NCBI GenBank assembly: GCA_964016885.1
Contig: OZ024758.1
Span: 33,294,001 to 33,358,000 of the forward strand
DNA length: 64,000 bases
Direction: 5' to 3'
DNA from: Eledone cirrhosa
Lineage: Eukaryota
Shown: piece after piece, positions 61,346 through 64,000 of the stretch
How positions within the stretch are numbered: position 1 is the first letter of the stretch
How the letters are laid out: the number at the start of each line of letters is the position of its first letter
Made by a program: the position numbers and the translations under genes
Notes under the pieces: generated by a model
Database searches by the model: none
What the model was told of the DNA's origin: nothing
What the model saw: the letters and a program-made list of their open reading frames with translations, nothing else

Positions 61346-61871
61346 CACATACATAACATAGCTAATATTACACACGATATAATAACCTTATATCTTTCAG
61401 TACCAGAAAATACTTAATCTCTGATCAGTTGCTGACTCTATGAAGATCAAATAAGACCTACAATGAAGTATTACTATAACATTTGGAACAGTTTTGCTGC
61501 TACACACCAAAACATATTCAATTGTCTTAAAAGAAAACCCCCATCCAACTGATTGGCAACATACTACAACACCTGACTCACAAACATGTTGTCTCTTCTC
61601 TCTGTCTATTTTATTATTATGACAATGGCCTATGGTTCTCTTCATATTACTTCATCTTTTCTCACATTTTCTCACCACCTTTGAGTCCTAAAGCCCCTAC
61701 ACTAGCCCACTTCATCTAATTCTTCTCCTCCAAGAAAAGTAGCCCTTTGGAATTTACAATCTCAACTTATATTTGTATTTGTAGATATTGATATGCAAGC
61801 TGAACATGAGCTGCATTGATCTGAGCTGTCACTGAGGTCCTGCAAAGGTCATGTATTATACCCTTCGCGTG

Positions 61872-62100
61872 AAGGTGCATGGCTTAGTGGTTAGAGAATT
61901 GGGCTTGAAATCGAGAGATTGTGAGTTCAATTCTCGGACTGAGTGAGACATTGTGCCCTTGAGCAAGACACTTTATTTCATGTTGCTCCAGTTGACTCAG
62001 CTGTAGAAATAAGTTACGTCACTGGTGCCAAGTTGTATCGGCTACTGCCTTTCCCTTGGATAACACCGGTGGCGTGGATGTTTCTGCAGGTGTGGAGAGC
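61872..62100 (+). mobile_element. tRNA-derived SINE (family B)
   Basis: ggtgcatggcttagtggttagag..gtgagttcaattctc..cttgagcaagacac. Confidence 0.75.
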
Positions 62101-62221
62101 TGCATATATTCCAGCCATTAGAAAAAACAAGATGAATGCTTTTTTTTTGAAAGAGGGATGACTCAAGAAGAAGAAAATACCCTCCTTCTCCAATGGTATA
62201 GTTTGCTGATATCTACATCTG

Positions 62222-62520
62222 TCCCCCCCCCCCCCCCCCCACACACACACATACCCCTCCCCCCACACACACATACCCCTCCCCCACACACACATACCCC
62301 CTCCCCCCACACACCCCTCCACCACACACATACACCCCACACACCACATACACATATATACCCTCACACATCATACACTTCACACTACACACACACACAC
62401 ACACCCCACAGACACAACACATCATACACCCCATACACTACACACAATACACCACATAACACACCAACACACCACATGACACACCAACACACCACATGAC
62501 ACACACACACACACACTGAC
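62222..62520. repeat. C/CA-rich low-complexity tract
   Basis: Direct reading. Confidence 0.85.
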
Positions 62521-62794
62521 AGACAGTATTTGGTGTCTGCTGTATTTGAGATGCTGCAAATCATGTGATTTTAATTATAGCCAACACTGTAGACAACTAA
62601 AGATAAAAATACAGTAATAGAAAAACTAAAACAAACCCATTTTAATGTGAAAATCAAAATACTTGGCTGCTATTATTCTGACATGGCTCCTTCAACAAAA
62701 TATCAACTTCTAAAATATTTAGACACGACATGAACAAGAGAAAACCGAAGAACAATCAGCTGTAAAATGTAAATTGTTCCAACAGTGCAAATGT

Positions 62795-63520
62795 TTAACC
62801 CTTTAGCATTTAAACGGTTCATATCAGAATTCTGTTCAAACCGGCCATAACTGGCTGCTGAGACTGACGTTAAGGTATTGTTCTCAAAATAAATAATATC
62901 AAAATCTCATAGATTCGATATTATGTAAGCAAGCAAGCAGATCAAAAACATATCAAAACTACAGATCAAAAACATCCTCTCTTCGGCCATGTGCCAGCCA
63001 AAAGCCGCCTTAAATTCAGGAAAAGTTTCCTAAAGAGCGTCACACCCCTTGAAACATCAAGTATAAGTAGTGAAAGAATCACTCACAGGCAAGAAAACCT
63101 TAACAACCTCCCATCTGTAACAACAATGGAGCTAAAGGTGAGCGAGGCACTTCCCCCTGGAGCAGATACAAACTATGCAGTGTTGAAATGCCTCAACAGA
63201 CTAAGATCTGGTGTTGGACATGCAAAAGTCACTCTTGCAAAATGGGGATATTTAAAGGATGGGAATGTTGTGTATAACTGTGGCATCGAACCACAGACTA
63301 TGCAGGCACCTTCTGATATGCCTCCTGCCCTCCTGCTGGAACACCCCTGCTCAGCACTGGATTTGGTAGAGCTTAATGAGAAAGGATAGCAATGTGTTCA
63401 GCTGTGGTGGAACCATATCTAGCCAAGCTTTGTAGCTGATACTCTTGTGGACATAAGAAATGTGAGATATGTGAAATAAAGTGTTTACTATATAGAGTGA
63501 TGTAAATGTTAAAGGTTTAA
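62795..63520. mobile_element. TTAA-MITE A interrupted by a LINE 3' fragment (~62930-63460, plus strand, zinc-knuckle C-terminus)
   Basis: ORF 62991-63389 LNRLRSGVGH..KWGY..CGIEPQTM; MITE halves on both sides with an atgtaag/atgtgag duplication. Confidence 0.7.
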
Positions 63521-63744
63521 ATTGCACTCATGCTGACATGATAAAAAATTGGCTGGGAAAGTATTAAAAAGAAATAAGTAAATAAAAGAATACATACTCA
63601 GTTATTTATTCTGGTCATAGGAGAATATTCTAGAAATGAGATTTGGTTTTATTAATTTAAAAATTTCATCATTGTTATCGCCACAACCATCATCATCACC
63701 GCCACTGTCACCATCATCATAAAAAGTACTGTCTGCACTACAAG

Positions 63745-63925
63745 GTGGTGGTGGTATCATGATAACATGCTCCCAGTACATGTATAGTGGTTGGCAGTTG
63801 TAGAAAGCAAGCCCAAAACAGAGAATATGAAGAGGATGTAGTCACATGACCACTCTAGTCTCAGTACATGACAGCCTGTTTAACCCATGCAAGTATAGAA
63901 AATAAACATTAAACTTTGATGATGA
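63745..63925 (+). mobile_element. Diverged RTE 3' UTR
   Basis: taacccatgcaag..cattaaactttgatgatg. Confidence 0.5.
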
Positions 63926-64000
63926 ATATAGCTTGATAGTGACGAATAGTGCTATTTTGAAAGTAACTAATATTGTTATTTTGAAAAAAAAAAGCTTAGT

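Overview
AT-rich, repeat-dense animal genomic DNA with no host protein-coding gene that I can support. The RTE, SINE and MITE content resembles coleoid cephalopod (octopus-like) genomes; this taxonomic call is an inference. Main contents: (1) several families of Penelope-like retroelements (PLEs), including a nearly intact ~3.7 kb RT + GIY-YIG element with 131-bp pseudo-LTRs (22452-26178, minus strand). (2) About eleven complete, partial or degenerate type-I hammerhead ribozyme motifs in PLE termini. They include minimal, giant-stem-II and U3-A8 core variants, and most lie next to (TA)n tracts. (3) RTE LINE fragments with an internal PHD-like finger, an APE-only LINE piece, and R4/Dong-like fragments. 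(4) A 5S rRNA copy fused to an RTE 3' tail. (5) tRNA-type SINEs, TTAA (piggyBac-type), hAT and mariner MITEs, a deleted maT/DD37D transposon and non-autonomous Helitrons. (6) A 9.6 kb satellite with a ~56-bp unit beside a 200-N gap, plus long (TA)n/(TAGA)n arrays. All calls were made by eye without database searches; boundaries of degenerate elements are approximate.
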